Below, one piece after another: positions 36,131 through 46,256 of a DNA stretch of 53,258 bases. Numbering within the stretch: position 1 is the first letter of the stretch; the number at the start of each line of letters is the position of its first letter. The DNA is from Treponema sp. UBA3662. GTDB lineage: Bacteria > Spirochaetota > Spirochaetia > Treponematales > Treponemataceae. The stretch spans positions 1-53,258 of the forward strand of contig DFJV01000142.1 in NCBI GenBank assembly GCA_002373205.1. The letters run 5' to 3'. A program made the translations under genes and the position numbers. The notes below the pieces were generated by a model that saw only the letters and a list, made by a program, of their open reading frames with translations, had not been told where the DNA came from and did not search any database.

Positions 36131-38776
36131 ATGCACTTAAAGAAAGACCTTGACGAAATGCTTACCAACAGCTTTAACTACGCAAAAAAGAACGCCCACG
36201 AATTTGTTGCGCCAGAGCACCTGCTTTATATTGCCATGCACTACGACTACGTGATGGACCTGCTTTTTGACTGTGGGGCAAACGTTGCGGACATTCTGAA
36301 CGACCTTGAGGAATTTTTTGCAAAGAAAATTCCCTGCGTTGACAAGGACGAAAAATTTCTTGCGGTATACGATCCACTTCCAACTGCGGGGCTGCAAGAA
36401 ATAATGGAGAACGCTTCTGCACACGCGGCTTCTTCCGGCAAAAAAAAGCTGGACATTACGGACGTGCTTGTTTACATGTACGACGCGGAGAACAATTACT
36501 GCTCTTACATACTAAAGAAAAACGGCGTGGAAAAACTGGTGCTTTTGGAAGCCATAACAGATCAGAGCTATCCTTTTACCAGCAAGTCAAAGGGTGAATA
36601 CGACGAAGACTTTGACTACTATGATTCAGAAGATGATGAATATGATTTTGGCAGTTCTACGGACGATGATTCCCGCATTGATTTTGAGGACGGGGAGCCA
36701 GACTCATCTGACGAAGCAGGCGATGATGAAGACGAAAAGGGCAGGCACAAGAAAGAAAAGAAGCACCGCTTTTCCGCACTGGAAAAATATACGGTTGACC
36801 TTACCCAAAAGGCAAGGGACGGCGAGCTTGACCTTCTTGTTGGCAGGGAATACGAGCTTGAGCGCACGGTTCAAATCCTTTGCCGCCGCACAAAGAACAA
36901 TCCGCTGCACGTTGGGGATGCTGGCGTTGGAAAAACCGCCGTTACGCTTGGACTTGCGCAGAGAATTGTTGCAGGAGAAGTTCCTTCTATATTAAAAGAT
37001 TTTTCTGTTTACTCGCTGGACATGGGTGCACTTTTGGCAGGAACAAAATACCGCGGAGACTTTGAAGAAAGGCTTAAAAAGGTTACCAAGGACTTGCTAA
37101 AAAAAGAAAAGGCAATTCTTTTTATTGATGAAATCCACACGATTGTAGGAGCGGGTTCTGTTGGAAACGGTGCCCTTGATGCGGCAAACATTTTAAAGCC
37201 TGTTCTTACCGAAGGAAAAATCCGCTGCATTGGTTCAACAACTTTTGAAGAATACACAAAGATTTTTGAAAAGGACAGGGCCCTTGCCCGCCGCTTCCAA
37301 AAGATAGACATTCTTGAGCCTAGCCGCGATGAATGCGTTAAGATTTTGCACGGTCTTGAAAGCCGCTACGCTGAATACCACAATGTCTGCTACGAGGAAG
37401 GTTCGCTTGAGCTTGCGGTTGACTTGTCCCTTCAGTTTTTGCCGGACAGGAGGCTTCCCGACAAGGCGATTGACCTTATGGACGAAGCGGGGGCATGGAC
37501 ACGGATTCATGCGGAAGAAAACCTTTCCGCGGAAGACAAAGTTTCTGTCTCGGATAAAGATAAAAAGGTGGAAGCAAAAAAGATTTCCGTGAAAGATTCA
37601 GCAAATGAATCCGAAAAGCTTGAAAAGTTTGAAGACGAACCAGGCAAGGCCGAAGCAGAAAGGTTTTCCGCGGACGATTCTGCAAAAGAGCAGCCTGATG
37701 AAAAAATGCAGCTTGATGAAAAAGAGCAGCCTGCTGAAAAAGAGCAGCCCGCTGAAAGAAAAAGGCCACCGGTGCCAGTTAGCCAGGACACAATCCGCAT
37801 GGTTGCCGCAAAAGCAGCGAGGGTTCCGCTTGAAACAGTTACCACTGGCGAAAAGGAAAAGCTCCGTTCTTTGGAGAGCGACCTTAAGCAAAAAATATTC
37901 GGCCAGAACAGGGCTGTTGAATCCGTATGCATGGCGGTAAAAAAAGCCCGCGCTGGATTCCGCAACATGGAAAAACCGGAGGCGGCATTCCTCTTTGTAG
38001 GCCCAACAGGCGTTGGAAAAACAGAACTTGCAAAAGTTCTTGCCTCTTCCCTTGGCGAAAAACTCCTGCGCTTTGACATGAGCGAATACCAGGAAAAGCA
38101 TACCGTAAGCCGCCTGATTGGTTCACCGCCGGGATACGTTGGCTTTGAAGAGGGCGGACTTTTAACCGACAGCGTAAGAAAGGAACCACATTCAATCATC
38201 CTCTTTGACGAGATAGAAAAAGCCCATCAGGACATTTACAACATTCTCCTCCAGATTATGGACTACGGAATTCTTACGGACAACCAGGGACGCAAGGCAG
38301 ACTTTAAGAACTGCATGATAATAATGACAAGCAATGCCGGTGCCCGCGACATGGAAAAAGGCTCCGTGGGATTTTCCGGTGGAAGCAGTTTTGACGATGC
38401 AAAGAACGACTCTGCCACGCTGAACGAAGCCGTAGAAAAAGAATTCTCCCCCGAATTTAGGAACAGGCTGGATGCAATAATCACCTTTGCACATCTGCCA
38501 AAAGAGATAACCCAGGACATTGCCCGCAAGGAAATTAAAAAGATTGCAGAGCGTCTTGCCACAAAGAATGTTGAACTTACCGCCACAGACCAAGCCGTTG
38601 CCCTGATTGCAGAAAAAGGCTACAGCCGCGAATTTGGCGCACGCAACATTGCCCGCACCGCAGAAAACCTGATTGCCTCCCCCCTCGTGGACGAGCTGCT
38701 CTTTGGAAAGCTAAGCGATGGCGGAAAAGTAAGCCTTAGCGTAAAAGACGGCGAAGTTGAATTTAACTTCTCCTAA
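36131..38776 (+). CDS. clpA: ATP-dependent Clp protease ATPase subunit ClpA
   Basis: Two AAA modules ([14 protein letters not shown] and [16 protein letters not shown]), DMSEYQEKH and FGARNI; immediately downstream of clpS. Confidence 0.93.
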   Translation: MHLKKDLDEMLTNSFNYAKKNAHEFVAPEHLLYIAMHYDYVMDLLFDCGANVADILNDLEEFFAKKIPCVDKDEKFLAVYDPLPTAGLQEIMENASAHAASSGKKKLDITDVLVYMYDAENNYCSYILKKNGVEKLVLLEAITDQSYPFTSKSKGEYDEDFDYYDSEDDEYDFGSSTDDDSRIDFEDGEPDSSDEAGDDEDEKGRHKKEKKHRFSALEKYTVDLTQKARDGELDLLVGREYELERTVQILCRRTKNNPLHVGDAGVGKTAVTLGLAQRIVAGEVPSILKDFSVYSLDMGALLAGTKYRGDFEERLKKVTKDLLKKEKAILFIDEIHTIVGAGSVGNGALDAANILKPVLTEGKIRCIGSTTFEEYTKIFEKDRALARRFQKIDILEPSRDECVKILHGLESRYAEYHNVCYEEGSLELAVDLSLQFLPDRRLPDKAIDLMDEAGAWTRIHAEENLSAEDKVSVSDKDKKVEAKKISVKDSANESEKLEKFEDEPGKAEAERFSADDSAKEQPDEKMQLDEKEQPAEKEQPAERKRPPVPVSQDTIRMVAAKAARVPLETVTTGEKEKLRSLESDLKQKIFGQNRAVESVCMAVKKARAGFRNMEKPEAAFLFVGPTGVGKTELAKVLASSLGEKLLRFDMSEYQEKHTVSRLIGSPPGYVGFEEGGLLTDSVRKEPHSIILFDEIEKAHQDIYNILLQIMDYGILTDNQGRKADFKNCMIIMTSNAGARDMEKGSVGFSGGSSFDDAKNDSATLNEAVEKEFSPEFRNRLDAIITFAHLPKEITQDIARKEIKKIAERLATKNVELTATDQAVALIAEKGYSREFGARNIARTAENLIASPLVDELLFGKLSDGGKVSLSVKDGEVEFNFS
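37685..37756 (+). repeat. 18-bp in-frame tandem repeat x4 inside clpA
   Basis: aaagagcagcctgatgaa-type units encoding [24 protein letters not shown]. Confidence 0.85.
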
Positions 38777-38849
38777 AAGTGGATTTTCATCTTTCAAAAA
38801 AGTATAAAGAGTTATAAAGAATATAGAAAAGTATAAAGAGTTATAAAGA

Positions 38850-39329
38850 ATGAAAAGGATAGCCATCTTATTAATGTTACTGACACTTTCTGCAAGTTCT
38901 TTTTGCACATCGTTTCTAATGGAATTGGAGGTAGGAGCTAGACTTTCAATATGGGCTTTTGAATATTACATGCAGTACAAAACCATGCCTGAAAATACCT
39001 CTGCATTTTTGAAAAAAGACTTTCTGTATGGCGACGGCCGCGACGGAAACATCCAAGGGATATTGCAGTATTATAACAAATGCGGATTTGAAACAGTCTT
39101 ACAGAAACAAAATGACAGGCTTCTTTATATTTATGTGAACGGCCCATATATGCACTACCTTACAATATACAAGGTTAAAAAGCTCCATCAGTTTGAGATC
39201 TATATGGATGGTAAATTTGCAGATAAATATTACCGGAATGACAATGGTGACCTTATAGAAAAGGACAATGGCTATCCTGACTTTGTCTTGTGGTATTTGC
39301 CGCTTATCTTTCCATTTTTGCTAGCTTAA
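38850..39329 (+). CDS. Hypothetical exported protein; apparent paralogue of 1084-1737
   Basis: Signal peptide MKRIAILLMLLTLSASS; blocks YYMQYKTMPE and FEIYMDGKF...NDNG. Confidence 0.65.
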   Translation: MKRIAILLMLLTLSASSFCTSFLMELEVGARLSIWAFEYYMQYKTMPENTSAFLKKDFLYGDGRDGNIQGILQYYNKCGFETVLQKQNDRLLYIYVNGPYMHYLTIYKVKKLHQFEIYMDGKFADKYYRNDNGDLIEKDNGYPDFVLWYLPLIFPFLLA

Positions 39330-39334
39330 AGCCC

Positions 39335-39672
39335 GTTCTTGCCCACAAACCTAGCCCCGATTGGAAGGGCGCGGTGTAAAAAATTGCCTCCTTGCAATTT
39401 TTTACACCACAAGTTTTCTGGCGAAAACTTGCAAGTTGCTTTCTGCAAACAAAAGACGCGCCCTCCATGGCGCTACTTGTTCTACAATAAATTCGGAACC
39501 CTGGAAAGCGGGAAAAAAATGCCCTCCTTGGCATTTTTTCCCGCAAGTTTTCTGGCGAAAACTTGCCGGCTCTTACCCCAAACAATCGACGCGCCATCCG
39601 TGGCGCTACACTTTTGCAAATAGGGAAAAATGCTAAGGAGGTCTGACCGGACACGGAGTGCCGGGCACAGTT
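39335..39672 (+). repeat. Composite multi-hairpin dispersed repeat, copy B (with an internal module duplication)
   Basis: caagttttctggcgaaaacttgc occurs twice; ends ttcttgcccac..cctagccccgattggaaggg and ccggacacggagtgccgg.cacagtt are shared with inverted copy C. Confidence 0.9.
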
Positions 39673-39801
39673 TAAATATTCAGGCGGCTCCAGAAGAAAA
39701 AGAGAGAGGAAAAGAGTTTAACCTGCTGCAGTTTGCTTCCCTTGTAATCTTATTAAAAATACGGTAATCTAGCAGAAGTTGTATGCTTTCCGGAGGTTTT
39801 T

Positions 39802-40296
39802 ATGGACGGTTCTGAAGAAATACTGAATTTGCTGCGGGACAACGCGCGCATTTCTATAGAAGATATTTCGGCTATGACTAAGAAGAAGCCGGAAGAAGTT
39901 GAGGCTATTATCCGCAAGCTAGAGAATGACGGTATTATCATGAAGTATGCCGCCATTGTTAATCCAGAGAAGGACAGTGCCGCCAAGGAAAAGGTTAAGG
40001 CAGAGATAGAGATTCAGGTTCAGCCGCAGAGGGAGCATGGTTTTGACGGTATTGCAGACCGCATCTACCGCTTTCCGCAGGTTAAGTCCCTTTACCTTAT
40101 GAGCGGAGGCTACGACCTTAAGGTTATCATTGAGGGCGACTCTTTGCAGGAGGTGGCTTCTTTTGTTGCAAGGAAGCTTTCCACTCTGGAGGGTGTGCGT
40201 TCCACAAAGACCCATTTTATTCTTAAGACATACAAAGAAAACGACATTGTCTATGTTGAGCAGCGTTCAGACAGCCGCGAAGGAGTTGTAGCATGA
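39802..40296 (+). CDS. Lrp/AsnC-family regulator
   Basis: EILNLLRDNARIS HTH; GFDGIADRIYRFPQVKSLYLMSGGYDL; THFILKTYK. Confidence 0.92.
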   Translation: MDGSEEILNLLRDNARISIEDISAMTKKKPEEVEAIIRKLENDGIIMKYAAIVNPEKDSAAKEKVKAEIEIQVQPQREHGFDGIADRIYRFPQVKSLYLMSGGYDLKVIIEGDSLQEVASFVARKLSTLEGVRSTKTHFILKTYKENDIVYVEQRSDSREGVVA

Positions 40297-41465
40297 ATCC
40301 AAGAGAAGATAAATTCAGCAGGGCAATGGTTGAAACACCGCCTAGCGGCATCCGCAAATTCTTTGAGATGCTTATTGGCCACGATGACGTTATTTCGCTT
40401 TCGGTTGGAGAGCCGGACTTCCCCACCCCCTGGGCCATGCGCGAAGAGGCTTTTTACCATCTTGAGCAGGGGCACACAAGCTACACCAGCAACTGGGGCC
40501 TGATTGAGCTCCGCGAGGAAATTGCCAAGTACCTGGAAGGATATTCCATGCGCTACAATCCCCAGAAGGAAATTATCATAACTGTTGGCGCCTCCGAGGG
40601 TGTAGACGCTTCTCTTAGGTGCATCCTTAACCCAGGCGACGAAATCATCGTCAGCGAGCCTTGCTATGTTAACTATACAACGCTTGCAAACCTTGCGGGT
40701 GCAAAGGTTGTCCACCTTAACACAGGAAAGACAGGCTTTTACCCAACGGCAGAAGAGATTGAAAAGCTTATCACGCCCAAGACCAAGGCCCTTATGATTT
40801 GCTCCCCCAACAATCCTACAGGCACTATAATTCCTGCGGATGAGCTTGCCAAGATTGCAGAGGTTGTAAAGAAACACAAGATTTGGGTTATTAGCGACGA
40901 AATTTACTGTGAGCTTACCTACGAAGACACAAAGCATACTTCAATCGGTTCTTTCCCGGGAATGAAGGACTACACAATCGTGCTGAACGGTTTTTCCAAG
41001 TCCTTTGCAATGACAGGCTGGAGAATTGGCTACATTGCTGCCCCGGAAGACGTTTGTGCGCAGATTATAAAGCTTCACGGCTACAACACAATCTGTGCCC
41101 CGATTATGAGCCAGTATGCGGCTTTGGAAGGCCTAAAGAACGGCTGGAGCGAGGTGGAAAAAATGCGCGTCTCCTACCAGCAGAGGCGGAACCTTATGGT
41201 AAAGGCCTTTAACGACATGGGGCTTCCAGTGCCAGAGCCAAAGGGTGCCTTCTACCTCTTCCCGGACATTACTTCCACAGGACTTACAAGCGAACAGTTT
41301 GCCCTTCAGGTCTTTGAAAAACTGAACGTGGCTGTTGTTCCGGGCAATGTCTTTGGTGCAGGCGGCGAAGGTCACATACGCTGCTGCTACGCTACTTCCA
41401 TAGAAAAAATAAAGACTGCCTTGGACAAGATAAGCGGTTTTGTGGCGGAGTGTTCCCGCAAATAA
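40293..41465 (+). CDS. Class I/II PLP-dependent aminotransferase
   Basis: SLSVGEPDFPTP, PNNPTG, SDEIY, NGFSKSFAMTGWRIGY and GAFYLF. Confidence 0.94.
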   Translation: MNPREDKFSRAMVETPPSGIRKFFEMLIGHDDVISLSVGEPDFPTPWAMREEAFYHLEQGHTSYTSNWGLIELREEIAKYLEGYSMRYNPQKEIIITVGASEGVDASLRCILNPGDEIIVSEPCYVNYTTLANLAGAKVVHLNTGKTGFYPTAEEIEKLITPKTKALMICSPNNPTGTIIPADELAKIAEVVKKHKIWVISDEIYCELTYEDTKHTSIGSFPGMKDYTIVLNGFSKSFAMTGWRIGYIAAPEDVCAQIIKLHGYNTICAPIMSQYAALEGLKNGWSEVEKMRVSYQQRRNLMVKAFNDMGLPVPEPKGAFYLFPDITSTGLTSEQFALQVFEKLNVAVVPGNVFGAGGEGHIRCCYATSIEKIKTALDKISGFVAECSRK

Positions 41466-41550
41466 AAAAAGGAGGGGACTTTCGAATTTTGCGGCGCTTT
41501 TGTATGCACCCGCTTCTGTTTTTAAAAGAAGTTCTTGCCTTTTTTTTTAG

Positions 41551-41630
41551 GGGCTTTCCGCACTTCCGGGGGCCCTACCCCTCCATTCCCTGCGGGAACG
41601 CCTCCGGCGGTGCTCCAATCCCTGCCGTGC
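41551..41630 (-). repeat. Short member of the structured repeat superfamily (copy E)
   Basis: Minus strand cacggcagggattggagcac...gtgcggaaagccc; its 5' end matches cacggcagggattggag at 2184. Confidence 0.8.
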
Positions 41631-41774
41631 TTTTCTTTGCAACCTCTGGGAGTTAGCCATTCAACTTATTGCCAACATAAACCGATTATTTAAGAAGAAT
41701 TCTTTTTTAAGAACCTTGTCTTCACTAGATACGGATTCTGGCAAAGACAGGCTTGTGCAAAAGGGGTATTTTTT

Positions 41775-43124
41775 ATGGTCATTCCATACCTTATAGCTGC
41801 TGTTGTTATAATTGGCATATTCGCATTTCTTCTCTTTGTTCCCAACAAGCGGAATTCGGAAATTTCCGAAAAGAAACCTGCAAGGTCAAAAAAGAGCCAG
41901 GCCCAGATTATAAGGCAGGCAAACAGGCACCTTGCAAAGAACCCAAACGATGCCGCAGCCCTAAAAGCCTTGGGAGACCTTTACTTTACCAGCAACCTCT
42001 GGGAAAAGGCCTTTCCAATCTACTCCCAGCTTTCAAAGATTTCCAAGACGGACATAGACGTAGACTCTTACAAGGCCTTCCTAAGGACGGGAATCTGTGC
42101 CCTTGAACTGGACAAGATGGACGAAGCCATGATTTCTCTTTCCCTTGCCTACCAGAAGAATCCCCATGACTTTGACTCAAACTATTTTATGGGCTATGCA
42201 CTCGTAAAGGCAAAGCAGTACGACAAGGCCGTTCCCTGCCTAAAGAAAGCCCTGATTGTGCGGCCAGACGCCACAGGAGTAAATCTGCTGCTTGGACAGA
42301 GCTACTACAATTCCCACCACTACCACGACAGCTTGCCCTGCTTTAAGAAGGCGCTTATAGAAGACCCAGCAAACAAAGATGCACTTTACAGCATGGCAGA
42401 CGCAATGACCCAGGAAGGACACGGCGACAAGGCTATAAAAGTGTTCATGCATCTTAGGGCAGACCCAGTCTACGGACCGCGCTCCTGCTTGCAGGCCGGC
42501 ATCTACCACCTTAGCCTTGGTGAATTTGACAATGCCATAACCGACCTTATGATTGGCCTAAAGCACGAAAATGTAGACGACGACATAAAGGTGGAAATTC
42601 GCTACAAGCTTGCCCAGGCCTACTTTGCAAAGAACCAGCTCAGCAACGGGCTTATCCAGCTTAAGGAAATCCGCTTTATCAATTCAAACTACAAGGATGT
42701 TAACGCCCTTATTGCCCGCTACCAGGAGCTTAGCCAGAACTCCAACCTCCAGCTTTACCTTACCGCAGGTACAGGAGACTTTGTTGCCTTGTGCCGCAAG
42801 GTAATTCAGGCTTACTACAAGGATTCCCAGCTTAAATTCATGGACATAAACATGGGGCAGGTCTTTACGGACTTTGTTCTTGAAGTTGATTCGCCAAAAT
42901 TCTCGGACAGCGAAATTTTCCGCTTCTTTAGGACGACAGGCTCAACAGGAGAGCTTTTTATCCGCGACTTTCACGGACACTTGCACGACACAAAGGCAGA
43001 CAGGGGAATATGCGTTACGGCTGGTAACTTTACGGAAGAAGCCCGCAGGTACATAGAGGGTCGCCCGCTTGACCTTATAGAAAAGAACCAGCTGACCACC
43101 CTACTAAAGCAGGTTAGCGTATAA
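41775..43124 (+). CDS. Membrane-anchored TPR protein with C-terminal Mrr-like restriction-endonuclease-fold domain
   Basis: N-terminal TM, many TPRs, C-terminal IRDFHG...KADRGICVTAGNFTEEARRY...PLDLI. Confidence 0.8.
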   Translation: MVIPYLIAAVVIIGIFAFLLFVPNKRNSEISEKKPARSKKSQAQIIRQANRHLAKNPNDAAALKALGDLYFTSNLWEKAFPIYSQLSKISKTDIDVDSYKAFLRTGICALELDKMDEAMISLSLAYQKNPHDFDSNYFMGYALVKAKQYDKAVPCLKKALIVRPDATGVNLLLGQSYYNSHHYHDSLPCFKKALIEDPANKDALYSMADAMTQEGHGDKAIKVFMHLRADPVYGPRSCLQAGIYHLSLGEFDNAITDLMIGLKHENVDDDIKVEIRYKLAQAYFAKNQLSNGLIQLKEIRFINSNYKDVNALIARYQELSQNSNLQLYLTAGTGDFVALCRKVIQAYYKDSQLKFMDINMGQVFTDFVLEVDSPKFSDSEIFRFFRTTGSTGELFIRDFHGHLHDTKADRGICVTAGNFTEEARRYIEGRPLDLIEKNQLTTLLKQVSV

Positions 43125-43139
43125 ATCCGACCGGAATTT

Positions 43140-43805
43140 TTATTTTTGAATTACAACCAAATTGCGCTCATGGTCTTCCAGAAAGGGAACCGTGAGCGCT
43201 ATTTTTTTATACGAGGGAACCATAAAGCTTATGCTTTCCATTTCCGCCGTGATTTTTTCTGAACGGGCCTTGTAGGCAGCTATAAAACCACCTTTGCAAA
43301 GCATTTTTAGAAGGAGCTTGGTTATTTTTGTGTCAAAGGGGTGGAATGCGCGGAATACTTCTATTGTAAAAGACTCAGGCTTTACCTTGTCCGCCTGAAG
43401 GCAGAGAACCTTTGCATTATTAAGCTTTAGCGAACGGACAACCTGCTGCAAAAAGGCACAGCGCTTTTCCATGCGTTCAACCAGGGTGAATGAATACTGG
43501 GGAAAGGCTATGGCAAGGGGAATCCCTGGGCAGCCGCCTCCGCTTCCAATATCACCTATTTTTACCTCTTTTCCAGAGGCGGCAAGGCTTTGGGCAAGGG
43601 AGCCTATCTCTTTGCAGGCCGCAAGACTGTCCAGTATGTGGTTCACTTCAAATTCATCGCGGTTTTCGGCCTTCATCAGGTTGTAGCCCTTGTTGAATTC
43701 AAGGACCTGGTCTGTGTAGCTTTGCAGGGCTTCAAACTGGCCGGGGGAAAGTTCAAGACCCAGTTTTTTTGCCCCTTCGCAAAGCTTAGACTCTTCCCCG
43801 CTCAC
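43140..43805 (-). CDS. rsmG: 16S rRNA m7G527 methyltransferase
   Basis: FNKGYNL, HILDSL, DIGSGGGCPGIPLAI and VERMEKR. Confidence 0.94.
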   Translation of the reverse strand: MSGEESKLCEGAKKLGLELSPGQFEALQSYTDQVLEFNKGYNLMKAENRDEFEVNHILDSLAACKEIGSLAQSLAASGKEVKIGDIGSGGGCPGIPLAIAFPQYSFTLVERMEKRCAFLQQVVRSLKLNNAKVLCLQADKVKPESFTIEVFRAFHPFDTKITKLLLKMLCKGGFIAAYKARSEKITAEMESISFMVPSYKKIALTVPFLEDHERNLVVIQK

Positions 43806-44629
43806 TTTTCAACTCCCAGGTCAATGAGAAGGTCTATGTCTTCTTCCTGGGCGGAAGTCTTTAGCGTTACAAGGTGGCCGGTGCGGTTTGCCTCCAGGCT
43901 GTTAAGGCGGCTCATGCGGTAAAGGCCACTTTCTTCATTTTCCTTTGACTGGGTTACATAAGTGCATGCGCTGTAATTCTTTAGGTCTGCCTTTTGTGGG
44001 GTTGCGGTAAAGCGGATGTAGAAAATCTCATCAAAGTTTTCACCGTTGCCCTGGTAGGTCCTGTCGCCTGTAACAACAAAGGTTCCGTCCTGAATCACGT
44101 CGGAAACATAAACTGAACGGCATGATTTTAGTATGTCCTTTCCTCCGACGGTAAAGCGCAAAAGACGGGCTTTTTTTGCATTGGAAAGAGTCTCTTCGTT
44201 TTCTTTGCGGAGCTTTTCTGATGCACTCTGGTAGTTCTGCAGGGCTTTGAGCAAATCGTCACGCTCCTTTCCACTCAGGTAGGCTGCGCTCTGTGCAAGG
44301 TCGCGGGCTATCTGCTCCTGCTCTGAAATTTCAGCATCAAGGCCAGACTCACCCTTTAGGCTCCCGTCCAAAGAAGGCTGTACTTTTTTTTGGCTTTCAT
44401 TCTTTGCCTTTTGCCCCCTGCTGCGCCTTCCCGTATAGGGGGAATTCTTTGGGTTACCGGGCACGTAAAAACCGCTTCCCAGTGTGGGTGCAGAAATAGA
44501 CGGCATTTCCGGTGAGGATACAGAACTTACCGAAGACTGGGCAAGGGCAGATTCAACGGCAATCAGAACGAATGCGGCTACAGAAATAATTTTCTTAAAG
44601 GCTTGCAAGGCTTTCCTCCACAAATTCAA
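43802..44629 (-). CDS. Hypothetical exported protein
   Basis: 275-aa ORF overlapping its neighbours in the rsmG gene run; signal-like N-terminus; start uncertain. Confidence 0.65.
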   Translation of the reverse strand: MNLWRKALQAFKKIISVAAFVLIAVESALAQSSVSSVSSPEMPSISAPTLGSGFYVPGNPKNSPYTGRRSRGQKAKNESQKKVQPSLDGSLKGESGLDAEISEQEQIARDLAQSAAYLSGKERDDLLKALQNYQSASEKLRKENEETLSNAKKARLLRFTVGGKDILKSCRSVYVSDVIQDGTFVVTGDRTYQGNGENFDEIFYIRFTATPQKADLKNYSACTYVTQSKENEESGLYRMSRLNSLEANRTGHLVTLKTSAQEEDIDLLIDLGVEK

Positions 44630-45404
44630 GACGGTGAGTCAGTTCATTTATTGTTTTTGTAAGGCGGTCCCTTTCCTTTTCCAGCTTGGTCTTGGGATCC
44701 GTCTCACTGGCTTTCTTCTTCATCATTGCAATTACGCTGTCCGGGCTTTTTCCGCTCTTTATGGCTTCCTGTGCCTTTGCCCTTTCATCCGGCTTTTTTA
44801 TTCCGGCTACGATTTTCATGTTGTCAAAGCCAAGGTCTGCGTCTTCCGTTGGCAAGGTTCCAACCTGGGCTACCGTCTTTGCGGTGGTTCTTGGAATCTG
44901 CAAAACCCTGTCCAGATAGTCCTCGTAGCGGATGCTGGACTTTTCGCAAAGGGCATGTGCCTGAATAAGCTTTTTGCCAAATTCCTGCATAAGGCGGCCG
45001 TTTGGAACAATGTATTTTTCGCGGATTTCCTTTGTAAGCTCCTCCAGCTCCGGGGAAGATGAAAGGTCTATCTTGTAGTAGCCCTTCTCTTCCGCAACTT
45101 CCAAAAGGGCATGGAATTTTGCCCAGAAATAGTTTGTGTGGCTTCTTGCCTGGTGGGGAGGTTCCCTGCCTCCGTTTGCCACAATGTTCTCTTCGTTTAT
45201 AAGGTGATGGGTGTATTCGTGGACGGCAGTATAAATAAGCTCGTTGTCCGTCTTAAAATTCTTGTTGTGAAGGAGTATTTCCCTGGTTTCCGGCTTGTAG
45301 AGACCGTTTACCCTCTTACTCTCCTTGCCTGTCATTGTAACAGAGAATTCAAGCTTTGACTCCTGAATGTCCAAAAGCATGTCTTTTATAGAAGCATTAT
45401 CCAT
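44595..45404 (-). CDS. Hypothetical protein with HExxH (zincin-like) motif
   Basis: VNGLYKP...EILLHN...TAVHEYTHH...SH...FW; coiled-coil C-terminus. Confidence 0.75.
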   Translation of the reverse strand: MDNASIKDMLLDIQESKLEFSVTMTGKESKRVNGLYKPETREILLHNKNFKTDNELIYTAVHEYTHHLINEENIVANGGREPPHQARSHTNYFWAKFHALLEVAEEKGYYKIDLSSSPELEELTKEIREKYIVPNGRLMQEFGKKLIQAHALCEKSSIRYEDYLDRVLQIPRTTAKTVAQVGTLPTEDADLGFDNMKIVAGIKKPDERAKAQEAIKSGKSPDSVIAMMKKKASETDPKTKLEKERDRLTKTINELTHRLEFVEESLASL

Positions 45405-45441
45405 ATATTACCATTCCCACTCAATGTGCATAAATTTTAGC

Positions 45442-46245
45442 CTAATTCAAATATCCCATAGCGCCAAGGATAAGGCTTGCCGCAACGGTTGCAGCAGTTT
45501 CCGTCCGCAAGACCCGGCTTCCCATGCAAAGACGGCTGTAGCCCCTCTCTTCCAGAAGCTTCCTTTCACCTTCAGTCCAGCCGCGCTCACTGCCGATTGC
45601 CGCAAGGGCCTCAAGTCCAGTATTTTGTCCGGCGCAGGCCCGCTCCATAAAAGAAACAAGGCTTTCCGAAGCGCCAACATTATCCAAAGCCGCCTTCAAA
45701 AATTTTCCGGAATCAGAAGAAGCCTCTGTTTCCAAAAAATCAAGGCACTTTGCAAGCGAATCGTGCATAAAAAGCTTGGGTATATGAGTACTTGCAGCCT
45801 GTTCGCAGCCCTCCAAAAGCATACCGTAGCCAGAATCCGACGTGGCAAGATCAGACTTAAGGTAGGACTTTTCGCCAAGCTCGGTTGCCGTAAGGTGAAT
45901 CTCGCAAACGCCAAGCCCCGCCATGTCCCGCAAAAGCCTTTTAAGCTGAATGGGTCGCGGAAAGCCAACAATCATCTTTAGCGGATAGAGGGGTTTTCCG
46001 TCGCTTTCGCCAACAAAATCAAAGGAAATGGAGCCCTTCTTAAAGGATTTCCTTCCGTCCGCGCTCTTTTCCTCGTGCAAATCCAGCCGGGTAATTGTTG
46101 CCCTGCCAGCCTTACCGCCGATTATTCCGGCCGCAAAGGAGTCCCCCTCGCCCTTATGCAGGATTTTTAGAAGGTGGACTGCCCTTTCGTCCTTAATGTC
46201 CAGCGGCTTAGCAATTTCTTCCGGCTTGAACAAGCAGATGTTCAT
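45442..46245 (-). CDS. rsmE: 16S rRNA m3U1498 methyltransferase
   Basis: HLLKILH, GCEQA, AIGSERGWT and MGSRVLRTETA SPOUT motifs. Confidence 0.93.
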   Translation of the reverse strand: MNICLFKPEEIAKPLDIKDERAVHLLKILHKGEGDSFAAGIIGGKAGRATITRLDLHEEKSADGRKSFKKGSISFDFVGESDGKPLYPLKMIVGFPRPIQLKRLLRDMAGLGVCEIHLTATELGEKSYLKSDLATSDSGYGMLLEGCEQAASTHIPKLFMHDSLAKCLDFLETEASSDSGKFLKAALDNVGASESLVSFMERACAGQNTGLEALAAIGSERGWTEGERKLLEERGYSRLCMGSRVLRTETAATVAASLILGAMGYLN

Positions 46246-46256
46246 ACAGCGGTTTG

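Noticed and set aside
36137-38593. Numerous antisense ORFs inside clpA (also in polA, recQ and hsdR)
   Set aside because: Shadow ORFs arising from codon bias in long genes
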